DNA of 35,220 nt. Source: Bacteroidota bacterium (GTDB lineage: Bacteria > Bacteroidota > Bacteroidia > CAILMK01 > JAAYUY01). The notes beneath the pieces were generated by a model. It made no database searches, had not been told where the DNA came from, and saw only the letters and a list, made by a program, of their open reading frames with translations. The stretch covers positions 1 through 35,220 of the forward strand of contig JAYEOP010000303.1 of assembly GCA_034723125.1 (NCBI GenBank), given 5' to 3'. Below are positions 1 through 9,141 of the stretch, in pieces; position 1 is the first letter of the stretch, and every line of letters begins with the position of its first letter. A program made the translations under genes and the position numbers.

Positions 1-3000
1 TTTTGTACAAGCTTATTCTCATCCATCAATCCAATTTTCAGAAAATAAATCCCTTTAATTTGTTTCTTTAATTCGTAATCTTTTGCGTTTAAATCCTGAG
101 TTTCTAAAATTAACTTTCCTAAGGAATTATATAAATTAATGGATTGCATTTTTATTTCTGATTTGATGTAAATTTTTTCATTTGATGGGTTTGGATAAAT
201 CAATATTTCAGAATTTTCTACTTCTGTAATTCCATTTACTTTTGCATTTATGAAAGCTATTTTTGTAAGTGAATCAGCACAGCCGAGGTCAGAAATTACT
301 TTTAGCATCACATCATAATTTCCAACATTTTGATAAGTGTAAGTTGGGTTTTGAACAATTGAAGAATTTCCATCTCCAAAATCCCAGAGGTATTGGGAAA
401 TAGCATTAAAAGCAATTGTTGAAGAATCATGAAAATTAACAAGAAGAGGAACTTCTCCTGAAATTATGTTTGCTCCGAAACTCGCAATTGGAATGTCTCC
501 GATTTGTACAAAAATAGAATCGTATTTTGTGGTACACACGGGGTCTTGAGTTTCTGCTTTTATCCAAAAACCTTGATTTTGAAAATCATTGTTTCCATGT
601 TTATATTCAATAGAATTTAAATACTGACTGCCAACAAAATATCCATCATTTTTATTTCCTTTTGTCCAGAACAAACCTTGTGCATTTTCGAATTGTGCGT
701 TTAATTTATAATAGTTATTTTTACAAACCATGGGTTTTGATTTGTCAATAGTTATTATCGGTTCAACCACAGAAAGAGTTATTGTGTCAGCATTGTAGCA
801 ACCGTTGTTGTCGGTAAAATGCCAAGCGATTTGGTAATCACCGAGGGGTTTATTTGTATTAAAATATCCTCCTGAGCCAACATTCCCTGACCAGTAACCA
901 CCGTAAGTTCCTCCGGAAGGAGATCCAAATAATTGAACTAAGCCTTGTTCACGGCAAAATTTTGTTTTGTTTGTAGAAGTATATGCCTGAACATTAGGTA
1001 AGGGTTTTACATCAATATTAAGTGTATCATATTTTGGGCAATGGGGCATTCCAACAATATACCTTAGCTGAGTAATTCCTATTCCAGCCTGATTTACAGA
1101 AAAGTTTCCTGTAGAATCAACAAAATTACCTGTCCAATAACCTCCTATTGGAGTAGCTGTTAATTGAATAATAGTGTCTGCTTTACATATTTTAAAATCA
1201 TCATCAATATTTGGATTATCAGGTGATTTAAAAACAGTGAGACTAAATGAATCAGAATTATGACAATTATTCGTATCAGTAAATAAATAATTGAATGTAA
1301 ACTTTTTCCCATCCACAATTGTTACTTCATTTACATCAAAAACATAATTTTGCTTTTGTTTTTTTATTCCGCTTCCTGTCCAAACACCTGACAATGGAAA
1401 TGCTTTTCCATTAAGTAAATATTCTTGCTCATCCGAACAAATGCTATCGTTATCTAAAGTATAGACGTTTGGTCGTGGATATTGGGTTACATAAATTGTA
1501 TCCGAATCAAAACATCCAATGTCATCAGTTATTTTACAGATGTAAGTACCGGAATCATGGACGAAAATGTTATTTGTATTTTTATAAAAATTAGTATCCC
1601 CAAATTTTGTCCAATCACAAGAAAACAAACTGCATCCATTTAAAACATAGTCAGCATCTAATTCAATGCTATCGTATTTACAAACTTCGGTATTCTGACC
1701 AAGGTTAACATTAATGTAATTTACAAATACTTTCGTTTGTGCTGTAAAAGAACATCCTGACTGATCCTGAACAGTTACCGTATATATTTTATCTTGAAAT
1801 AATTGTGCTGTTTGAATTGACTGTGTTGTATCGTTTGTGTTCCAATTTATAGAAGTATATCCTTGATTATTAAAAATTTGTGCAGAAATAGTCATGCTAT
1901 CTCCAGGACAAATGTTTGTATCTTTTGGTAAATATGCCCATAGAAAAGTATCTGTAATCAGTGTGTCATAATATATTGAAGTATCTTTACCATCTGATAC
2001 TGTTAGAGAAAAAGGATAAATACCAGGGCTAAATACATGAGTCAAAGGGTTTTTTGAATTACTTACTTCATCAAAAATATCCCATTTGTAATTTAAAAAT
2101 TTATAATGATTTGGAATAGTATTAAACTTGTATTTTCCGCATCCAAGGTTAGTAACATTAATTTCTGCTTCAACTTTTGGTTTAACACAAATTTTATAAG
2201 CTCTGGATGTTAACCCATAAACAGGACAAGCATTATCACGAGCCGATACTGTGAAAATATTTAAACCTAAATTTGTACTGTCAGGATAGAATTTTAGAAT
2301 TCCTTTTGGTCGTTTAATGTTTGATGTATCAATCTGCCAATTTGCGTTTGTGATTGATGAATCCCACCAGAGTTGTACAGTATCATTTACATCAATATCT
2401 GATGTAGTAAAAGTGTAGTTTACGGTGTCGCCTTCTGTTACATTTAAAGTTGATGCAGAATTTAATTTTGGTAAATGATTATTAGGACAATTAATAACTA
2501 TAAGTTGAATATCTCTGAGAACTTCCCCGATTTTAATACCATTTCGAAACTCTGAAACTTTTATTACCATTACTGTTTGTTCAATTTTCATTGGTCTGAA
2601 TGAAAGATCAGCTGTTAATGGGTCAAGGTGAATACCTCTTGGTAATGGTAGATTCTTATTTGGAAATCCCCAAAAGAAAATAGGTTTATCATAATCGTAC
2701 TGACCTGTGTAAGAAATATTTGAACCATATCCTTGGAGCGGATAAGCAAATTCATAAGCCAAAGAATCATTATTCGTATCATAAGCACCAACATTCATCA
2801 AAATACTTTGACCAATACAAAGCATATTATGTGGGTCTGTTCTGAAGGCAGGGGAGCTGTTTTGGGGAGTTATACATCTGTTTAAAGTAGCTTCAATGTA
2901 AAAATATTTATTTCCAGCTCCTGTTGTTATTGCTGAACTTCTAGAAGCATCTTTGTAAGATAATAATAATTCACAACATGTTGTATTTAATACAACAAAT

Positions 3001-3347
3001 TTTTGATATTCAAACTTTTCAATTCCAAAAGGAAATGAGCATCCTCCTTGTTGACATCTTGTACATTCAGAAGAACATACAGGAGTTATATCAATTGCTA
3101 CAGGTTCTGTAATTGAAACTGTTGTTATTGTTTGATTTGTGGTTTTACATTTTATTGGAATGTGTACAGTATTAGGTGTAGGAGCACCGTTGCAATCCCT
3201 ATATATTACAAGTTTAATGATAAAACTATCCTGACCTATATTTGTATAGCTTAAATCTGCACCAAAAAGCCAAGCTGATTTTACTTCTGTGTTAAATAAA
3301 AATATTATTGCTAAACTTAATAAAAGACGAATACTTAATTTTTTCAT
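1..3347 (-). CDS. Cys-rich multi-domain surface protein with a PKD-like domain and T9SS C-terminal sorting domain. Tandem paralog of 3365..6727. The last ~5 codons and stop lie beyond the left window edge.
   Basis: Absent from the ORF track because there is no in-window stop. Manual translation from the ATG at 3345-3347 (MKKLSIRLLLSLAIIFLFNTEVKSAWLFGADLSYTNIGQDSF...) stays open to position 1 (...IYPNPSNEKIYIKSEIKMQSINLYNSLGK...GIYFLKIGLMDENKLVQ). It is colinear with the 1120-aa neighbour, with a constant 3380-nt offset at both ends. Confidence 0.8.
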   Translation of the reverse strand, partial: MKKLSIRLLLSLAIIFLFNTEVKSAWLFGADLSYTNIGQDSFIIKLVIYRDCNGAPTPNTVHIPIKCKTTNQTITTVSITEPVAIDITPVCSSECTRCQQGGCSFPFGIEKFEYQKFVVLNTTCCELLLSYKDASRSSAITTGAGNKYFYIEATLNRCITPQNSSPAFRTDPHNMLCIGQSILMNVGAYDTNNDSLAYEFAYPLQGYGSNISYTGQYDYDKPIFFWGFPNKNLPLPRGIHLDPLTADLSFRPMKIEQTVMVIKVSEFRNGIKIGEVLRDIQLIVINCPNNHLPKLNSASTLNVTEGDTVNYTFTTSDIDVNDTVQLWWDSSITNANWQIDTSNIKRPKGILKFYPDSTNLGLNIFTVSARDNACPVYGLTSRAYKICVKPKVEAEINVTNLGCGKYKFNTIPNHYKFLNYKWDIFDEVSNSKNPLTHVFSPGIYPFSLTVSDGKDTSIYYDTLITDTFLWAYLPKDTNICPGDSMTISAQIFNNQGYTSINWNTNDTTQSIQTAQLFQDKIYTVTVQDQSGCSFTAQTKVFVNYINVNLGQNTEVCKYDSIELDADYVLNGCSLFSCDWTKFGDTNFYKNTNNIFVHDSGTYICKITDDIGCFDSDTIYVTQYPRPNVYTLDNDSICSDEQEYLLNGKAFPLSGVWTGSGIKKQKQNYVFDVNEVTIVDGKKFTFNYLFTDTNNCHNSDSFSLTVFKSPDNPNIDDDFKICKADTIIQLTATPIGGYWTGNFVDSTGNFSVNQAGIGITQLRYIVGMPHCPKYDTLNIDVKPLPNVQAYTSTNKTKFCREQGLVQLFGSPSGGTYGGYWSGNVGSGGYFNTNKPLGDYQIAWHFTDNNGCYNADTITLSVVEPIITIDKSKPMVCKNNYYKLNAQFENAQGLFWTKGNKNDGYFVGSQYLNSIEYKHGNNDFQNQGFWIKAETQDPVCTTKYDSIFVQIGDIPIASFGANIISGEVPLLVNFHDSSTIAFNAISQYLWDFGDGNSSIVQNPTYTYQNVGNYDVMLKVISDLGCADSLTKIAFINAKVNGITEVENSEILIYPNPSNEKIYIKSEIKMQSINLYNSLGKLILETQDLNAKDYELKKQIKGIYFLKIGLMDENKLVQ

Positions 3348-3364
3348 AATTATTATTTTTTTAT

Positions 3365-6300
3365 TTATTCAAAAACAACTTTCTCTACAATTTTATTTCC
3401 ATCCATCAATCCAATTTTTAGAAAATAAATTCCTTTCACTTGTTTCTTTAATTCAAATTCTTTTGCGTTCAAATCCTGAGCTTTTAAAACAGATTTACCT
3501 AAGGAATTATATAAATTAATGGATTTAATTTTTCTTTCTGATTTGATGTAAATTTTTTCATTTGAAGGGTTTGGATAAATCAATATTTCAGAATTTTCTA
3601 TTTCTGTAATTCCGTTTACTTTGGCATTTATAAAAGCTATTTTTGTAATTGAATCAGCACAGCCAAGGTCGGAAATTACTTTCAAACTCACATCATAATT
3701 CCCAACATTTTGATAAGTGTAAACAGGATTTTGAACAATTGAAGAATTTCCGTTTCCAAAATCCCATTGAAACTGTGAAATTGCATTAAAAGCAATTGTT
3801 GAAGAATCATAAAAATTAACAACAAGAGGAACTTCTCCGGTAATTATATTGGCTCCAAAATCAGCGATTGGAATGTCTCCGATTTGAACAAAAATAGAAT
3901 CATATTTTGTAGCACAAACAGTATCTTGGGTTTCTGCTTTTATCCAAAAGCCATGGTTTTGAAAATCATTATTTCCATGTAAATATTTAATAAAAAGATT
4001 ATTAGGATTTCCATCAAAAATCCCATCGGCTTGTTGTCCTTTTAACCAAAGCATTGATTGAGCATTTTCGAATTGAGTATTTAATTCATAGTAGTTATTT
4101 TTACAAACAATTGGATTTGTTTTGTCAATAGTTATTATCGGTTCAACCACTGAAAGAGTGATTGTGTCTGCATTGTAGCAGCCGTTGTTGTCGGTAAAAT
4201 GCCATGCTATTTGGTAATTACCTAAATTAGTGTTTGCATCAAAAAGTCCGTTTTTGTTAACGGGACCAGTCCAGTAACCACCGTAAGTGCCACCGACAGG
4301 AGATCCAAATAATTGAACCAAGCCATTTTCACGGCAGAATTTTATTTTGTTTGTTGAAGTATATGCCTGAACATTAGGTAAGGGTTTTACATCAATATTA
4401 ACTGTATCATATTTTGGGCAATGGGGCATTCCAACAATGTAGGTAAGTTTATTAATTCCTAATGTTGCCTGATTTACAAAAAAGTTTCCTGTAGAATCAA
4501 CAAAATTACCTGTCCAATAACCTCCGATTGGAGTAGCTGTTAATTGAATAATAGTGTCTGCTTTACATATTTTAAAATCATCATCAATATTTGGATTATC
4601 AGATGATTTGAAAACAGTGATACTAAATGAATCTGAATTTTTACAATTATTTGAATCTGTGTATAAATATTGAAATTTATATTTTTTACCATCAACGATT
4701 GTTACTTCATTTAAATCAAATATATAATTTTGATTTTCAATTTTCACTCCGCTTCCTGTCCAAATACCTGATAATGGAAATGCTTTTCCATTGAGTAAAT
4801 ATTCTTGCTCATCAGAGCAAATACTATCATCATCTAAAGTATAGACGTTTGGTCGTGGATATTGGGTTACATAAATTGTATCCGAATCAAAACATCCAAT
4901 GTCATCAGTTATTTTACAGATGTAAGTTCCGGAATCATGGATGAAAATGTTATTTGTGTTTTTGTGAAAACTTGTATCACTGTATTTTGCCCACTCAATA
5001 GAAGATAAATTACATCCATTTAAAACATAGTCCGCATCTAATTCAATACTGTCGTATTTACAAACCTCGGCATTCTGACCAAGGTTAACATTTATAGTGT
5101 TTACAGTTACTTTTGTTTGTGCTGTAAGAGAACATCCTGATTGATCCTGAACAGTTACCGTATATGTTTTATCTTGAAATAATTGCCCGGTTTGAATTGT
5201 TTGTGTTGTGTCGTTTGTGTTCCAATTAATAGAAGTATAACCTTGATTATTAAGAATTTGTGCGGTAATATTCAGGCTATCACCGGGGCAAATATTTGTA
5301 TCTTTAGGTAAATATGCCCATAGAAAAGTATCTGTAAACAGTGTGTCATAATATATTGAAGTATCTTTAGCATTTGACACTGTTAGAGAAAAAGGATAAA
5401 TACCAGGTCTAAAAACATGAGTAATAGGATTTTCACTGCTACTTACTTCATCAAAGATATTCCATTTGTAATTTAATAATTTGCCGTAATTGGGAATAGT
5501 ATTAAACTTGTATTTTCCGCATCCAAGGTTAGTAACATTGATTTGTGCTTCAACTTTTGGTTTAACAAAAATTTTATAAACTTTAGATGTAAACCCATAA
5601 ACAGGACAAGCATTATCATGAGCGGATACTGTAAAAATATTTAACCCTAAATTTGTACTGTCAGGATAGAATTTTAAAATTCCTTTTGGTCTTTTAATGT
5701 TTGATGTATCAATCTGCCAATTGACATTTTTAATTGAAGAATCCCACCAAATTTGTACAGTATCATTAATATCAATATCTGACGTAGTAATCATATAATT
5801 TACGGAATCGCCTTCTGTTATATTTAAAGTTGATGCAGTATTTAATTTAGGTGAATGATTATTAGGACAATTAATAACTATAAGTTGAATATCTCTGAGA
5901 ACTTCCCCGATTTTAACCCCATTTCGAAACTCTGAAACTTTTATTACCATTACTGTTTGTTCAATTTTCATTGGTCTGAATGAAAGATCAGCTGTTAATG
6001 GGTCAAGGTGAAAACCTTGTGGGAAATTCTTATTTTTATTCGGGAATCCCCAAAAGTATAGTGGTTTGTCATAATCGTACTGACCTGTGTAAGAAATATT
6101 TGAACCATGATCCTGTAATGGATAAGCAAATTCATAAGCCAATGAATCATTATCCGTATCATAAGCACCAACATTCATACAAATACTTTGACCAATACAA
6201 AGTAAAGTGTGTGGGTCGGTTCTGAAGGCAGGGGAACTGTTTTGGGGAGTAATGCATCTGTTTAAAGTAGCTTCGATGTAAAAATGTTTATTTGCAGCTC

Positions 6301-6727
6301 CTGTTGTTATTGTTGAACCTCTAGAAGCATATTTGTTAGATAATAATAATTCACAACATGTTGTATTTAATACAACAAGTTTTTGATATTCAGACTTTTC
6401 AATTCCATAAGGAAATGAGCATCCTCCTTGTTGACATCTTGTACATTCATAAGAACATACAGGAGTTATATCAATAGCTACAGTTTTTGTAATTGAAACT
6501 GTTGTTATTGTTTGATTTGTGGTTTTACATTTTATTGGAATGTGTACAGTATTAGGTGAAGGAATACCGTTGCAATTTCTGTATATAACAAATTTTATTA
6601 TAAAACTATCTTGTCCTATATTTGTATAGCTTAAATCTCCTCCCATAAACCAAGATGATTTTACTTCTGTGTTAAATAAAAATATTATTGCTAAACTTAA
6701 TAAAAGACGAATACTTAATTTTTTCAT
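3365..6727 (-). CDS. Cys-rich multi-domain surface/adhesin-like protein: signal peptide, repeated Cys-containing Ig-like modules, PKD domain and T9SS type-A C-terminal sorting domain.
   Basis: 1120-aa ORF. N-terminal signal peptide MKKLSIRLLLSLAIIFLFNTEVKS. PKD-like segment VNFYDSSTIAFNAISQFQWDFGNGNSSIVQNPVYTYQNVGNYDVSLKVISDLGCADS. C-terminal IYPNPSNEKIYIKSE...GIYFLKIGL is typical of Por/T9SS sorting tails. Confidence 0.9.
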   Translation of the reverse strand: MKKLSIRLLLSLAIIFLFNTEVKSSWFMGGDLSYTNIGQDSFIIKFVIYRNCNGIPSPNTVHIPIKCKTTNQTITTVSITKTVAIDITPVCSYECTRCQQGGCSFPYGIEKSEYQKLVVLNTTCCELLLSNKYASRGSTITTGAANKHFYIEATLNRCITPQNSSPAFRTDPHTLLCIGQSICMNVGAYDTDNDSLAYEFAYPLQDHGSNISYTGQYDYDKPLYFWGFPNKNKNFPQGFHLDPLTADLSFRPMKIEQTVMVIKVSEFRNGVKIGEVLRDIQLIVINCPNNHSPKLNTASTLNITEGDSVNYMITTSDIDINDTVQIWWDSSIKNVNWQIDTSNIKRPKGILKFYPDSTNLGLNIFTVSAHDNACPVYGFTSKVYKIFVKPKVEAQINVTNLGCGKYKFNTIPNYGKLLNYKWNIFDEVSSSENPITHVFRPGIYPFSLTVSNAKDTSIYYDTLFTDTFLWAYLPKDTNICPGDSLNITAQILNNQGYTSINWNTNDTTQTIQTGQLFQDKTYTVTVQDQSGCSLTAQTKVTVNTINVNLGQNAEVCKYDSIELDADYVLNGCNLSSIEWAKYSDTSFHKNTNNIFIHDSGTYICKITDDIGCFDSDTIYVTQYPRPNVYTLDDDSICSDEQEYLLNGKAFPLSGIWTGSGVKIENQNYIFDLNEVTIVDGKKYKFQYLYTDSNNCKNSDSFSITVFKSSDNPNIDDDFKICKADTIIQLTATPIGGYWTGNFVDSTGNFFVNQATLGINKLTYIVGMPHCPKYDTVNIDVKPLPNVQAYTSTNKIKFCRENGLVQLFGSPVGGTYGGYWTGPVNKNGLFDANTNLGNYQIAWHFTDNNGCYNADTITLSVVEPIITIDKTNPIVCKNNYYELNTQFENAQSMLWLKGQQADGIFDGNPNNLFIKYLHGNNDFQNHGFWIKAETQDTVCATKYDSIFVQIGDIPIADFGANIITGEVPLVVNFYDSSTIAFNAISQFQWDFGNGNSSIVQNPVYTYQNVGNYDVSLKVISDLGCADSITKIAFINAKVNGITEIENSEILIYPNPSNEKIYIKSERKIKSINLYNSLGKSVLKAQDLNAKEFELKKQVKGIYFLKIGLMDGNKIVEKVVFE

Positions 6728-7001
6728 AATTATAATTTAAGGAGTTGTTTTACATAAAATTAGGTTCCACATGTTTATATGTAAAAATAAAGTGTTAAAG
6801 GTAAACAAAAAAATGAATTATTTTTAAAATAATTTGTAACATTGTGTAATTGAATATCTTGCAGTTAAGTGTAATTGCGAATTTTATTCAATTATGGAGG
6901 ATTGTTGTAGATATTCTAACAAAAGTAGGTTTTATGTTGATTTGAGTGGGTAATCAAATTTGCCACAGATTCACAGATTAAAAAATTACTCTTTTTGTAA
7001 T

Positions 7002-7158
7002 TAGTGCTTATAAGAAAACTCATTAATTGCATATTTGTACCCCTTAAATTCCCTAAAGGGAAAATCCAACTCACTGAGTGTGATGGCATCTTCTCTATGG
7101 GATAAAGGAATGAGCAGAGGATATGCAGAATTTTCCTTTAGTTTTCTAAGAGGTACTA
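7002..7158. mobile_element. R2 MITE-like element, copy a (TIR consensus TAGTGCCTCTTAGAAAACT), nested inside the R5 composite.
   Basis: TAGTGCTTATAAGAAAACT at the left end and AGTTTTCTAAGAGGTACTA at the right end. Both ends are flanked by AT (7000-7001 and 7159-7160). Confidence 0.65.
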
Positions 7159-7220
7159 ATTAATGAATTTTCGCCAAATTCCGTTATATCTGAACTAAAG
7201 GACATATACTTTGACTGTTT

Positions 7221-7320
7221 ATAATTTGAGCTTTGGCACTATGTTTAACGAATTGAATATTAGTTGTTTACACGATATAGCAAAACGCAGTTTATGATCG
7301 CTCTACATATATCTTATTAG
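7221..7320 (+). repeat. R4 ~100-bp dispersed repeat, copy a.
   Basis: About 80% identical by eye to 26466-26567 (ATAATTTGARCTTTGGCACTATGTTTAACG...CAAAACGYAGYTTATGAYCGCTC...CATATAT). Confidence 0.6.
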
Positions 7321-7421
7321 AATAATGCATGTAAATTAATTTTAATCTGTGAATCTGTGGCTTTAATATTTTTCCACCCACACAAATCAACATAGTACCC
7401 AAAAGTACTTAATTTGGAAAC

Positions 7422-7466
7422 AAAAAAAATCCCTAAAAATGAAATTATTTTAGGGATTTGTTTTTT
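7422..7466 (-). terminator. Rho-independent terminator of the acyl-CoA dehydrogenase gene (possibly bidirectional).
   Basis: 10-bp stem ATCCCTAAAA / TTTTAGGGAT (7429-7438 / 7448-7457). A T-run follows on the minus strand (A-run 7422-7429 on plus) and TTGTTTTTT follows on the plus strand. It lies 15-60 nt past the stop at 7481. Confidence 0.65.
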
Positions 7467-7480
7467 AGAATTATAAGGAA

Positions 7481-8626
7481 TTAGCCTTTTAAAATATTTT
7501 TAGAAATAACAAGTCTTTGAATTTGGTTAGTACCTTCATAAATTTGACATAATTTAGCATCACGCATCATTTTTTCAACACCAAATTCTGTTGAATAACC
7601 GTCACCTGCCATAACTTGAACGGCATCGGTTGTAACTTTCATTGCTAAGTCGGTAGCACGTAATTTTGACATTGCTGAGAGCAAACCTAAATCTTTTTGT
7701 TTTGTATCATAAGCCCAAGCAGCTTTCCATGTAATCAATCTTGCAACTTCAACATCAGTAGCCATGTCGGCAAGCATAAAGCCAACAGCCTGTTGTGTAG
7801 CTATTGGTTTGCCAAATTGAATTCTATTTTTTGCCCAATCTTTAGCAGTTAGATAAGCTGAACGAGCAGCTCCAACACCCAATGCAGCAACTCCTGTTCT
7901 TGTTCTGTCAAAGGTTTTCATGGCAATTACAAAACCTAATCCTTCAACACCAATTAAATTTTCTTTAGGAATTTCAACATCATGAAAAAGTATTTCATTT
8001 TGAACTGAGGCTTTTTGTCCCATTTTTTCTAAATGAGGTTTAATTTCAATTCCCGGTAAATCTGACGGTACGAGAAAAGCAGTAAGGCTTCTTGCTCCTC
8101 TTTCGGGGTTGGTTAATGCAAATACAGTAAAAAATGTGGCTACTTCTGCATTTGTAATAAATCTTTTATGACCGTTAAGTATATATTTGTCTCCTTTTAA
8201 AATAGCTGTGGATTTTATTCCTGCAACATCAGAACCTGCATTTGGTTCGGTAAGGCAATATGCAGCTACGCCTTTTTCTTCCCTTATTCGTCCATAAAAT
8301 TTCTTTTGCTGTTCGTCATTTGCTGAAAGTAATAAAGGAGTTAGTGCCAATGTGTTAGCATCAATACTTATTCCAATACCAATACATCCTGCACCAAATT
8401 CTTCGGATGCTAATGCTCCTTCAAATAAACTAAAACCATTTCCTCCGAATTTTTCGGGTATAGGTCCGTTTATTATTTTTTCGTCATAAGCAGCTTTTAC
8501 AACTTCCCAAGGGAATTCTGCTAATTTGTCGTATTTCAATGCATTAGGCTTAATCCATCGTTCACTAAAATCTCTGTATTTTTCTTGAATTTCAATTTCT
8601 CTTTTGTTTAATGAAAAATCAACCAT
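7481..8626 (-). CDS. Acyl-CoA dehydrogenase (short/medium-chain, butyryl-CoA dehydrogenase-like).
   Basis: 381-aa ORF with family motifs: CLTEPNAGSD, FITNA, and the C-terminal catalytic-base context QIYEGTNQIQRLVI. Confidence 0.9.
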   Translation of the reverse strand: MVDFSLNKREIEIQEKYRDFSERWIKPNALKYDKLAEFPWEVVKAAYDEKIINGPIPEKFGGNGFSLFEGALASEEFGAGCIGIGISIDANTLALTPLLLSANDEQQKKFYGRIREEKGVAAYCLTEPNAGSDVAGIKSTAILKGDKYILNGHKRFITNAEVATFFTVFALTNPERGARSLTAFLVPSDLPGIEIKPHLEKMGQKASVQNEILFHDVEIPKENLIGVEGLGFVIAMKTFDRTRTGVAALGVGAARSAYLTAKDWAKNRIQFGKPIATQQAVGFMLADMATDVEVARLITWKAAWAYDTKQKDLGLLSAMSKLRATDLAMKVTTDAVQVMAGDGYSTEFGVEKMMRDAKLCQIYEGTNQIQRLVISKNILKG

Positions 8627-8779
8627 AGTTTTCTCCTTTTTATTTTTTACTTTTTAAGCAATATTTCTTTTTACTTTTATAAACAATTCATTTTTATTAA
8701 AAAGCGAAAATATGAAAATATTATGGTTTTGCTAATTTATTGTAAATAAAAATTAAAATTAGTAATTTTACGAATTATA

Positions 8780-8856
8780 GGGTTCTATGTCGATTTGTGT
8801 GGGTAAAAAAAATTAATGCCACAGTCTTCGTCTGTCAAAAACAGATTCACAGAATT
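8780..8856 (+). repeat. Solo R5 arm (left-arm orientation) with a ~17-nt internal insertion.
   Basis: GGGTTCTATGTCGATTTGTGTGGGTAAAAAAAATTAATGCCACAG[TCTTCGTCTGTCAAAAA]CAGATTCACAGAAT matches the 6928-6985 arm. No partner arm is found nearby. Confidence 0.6.
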
Positions 8857-8885
8857 AGAACAACTGACCCAAGCCCAATCCTAAA

Positions 8886-9105
8886 TAGTGTCTCAAAGAA
8901 AACTTGTATGTTTTTGACTGTTAAAATGTTATGTGTCTTCTGTCGCTTGAATCTAATGTCATAAAGTAGTCATTTGATTGTCATTAAGTTACAAAGCCCA
9001 ATGACAGCTTGGCTAAATGACAATTGAATGACTTTTAGATTCACATCTATTATTAATTCAAAGCCCAAGTATATTGAGTAATGCAAAGTTTTCTTAGAGG
9101 TACTA
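8886..9105. mobile_element. R2 MITE-like element, copy b, lying just 3' of the last Che-operon gene.
   Basis: TAGTGTCTCAAAGAAAACTT at the left end and AAGTTTTCTTAGAGGTACTA at the right end. The interior has its own 18-bp hairpin, AGTCATTTGATTGTCATT (about 8968-8985) pairing with AATGACAATTGAATGACT (about 9018-9035). Confidence 0.6.
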
Positions 9106-9141
9106 ATATATAAAAACGTAACATATAGTCTATTATACCAT

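Larger units (their letters stand above)
6928..7399. mobile_element. R5 composite non-autonomous element with ~58-bp terminal inverted arms and a 7-bp target-site duplication. It carries nested R2 and R4 repeats.
   Basis: Left arm is 6928-6985 (GGTTTTATGTTGATTTGAGTGGGTAA...GCCACAGATTCACAGATTAAAA). The right arm at 7339-7399 is its reverse complement with a few mismatches. AAAAGTA directly abuts both ends (6921-6927 and 7401-7407). Confidence 0.7.

Noticed and set aside
1-3288. No ORF is listed in the supplied track for the first 3.3 kb, which could suggest a decayed pseudogene copy of the adhesin-like gene.
   Set aside because: Manual minus-strand translation from 3347 stays in frame and colinear with the 3365..6727 protein down to position 1. 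The ORF is missing only because its stop codon lies beyond the window edge.
1-6727. A diversity-generating retroelement (template/variable repeat) as the explanation for the diverged patches between the tandem adhesin paralogs.
   Set aside because: No reverse transcriptase or short template repeat is nearby. The differences are spread over whole genes and, by eye, are not restricted to adenine positions.
6728-9141. A possible CRISPR array or integron attC sites, suggested by the many short inverted repeats.
   Set aside because: The repeats are dispersed and inverted rather than regularly spaced direct repeats. The R2 termini (AGAAAAC / GTTTTCT) do not fit the attC R''/R' cores (RYYYAAC / GTTRRRY). 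No cas or integrase genes are in the window.
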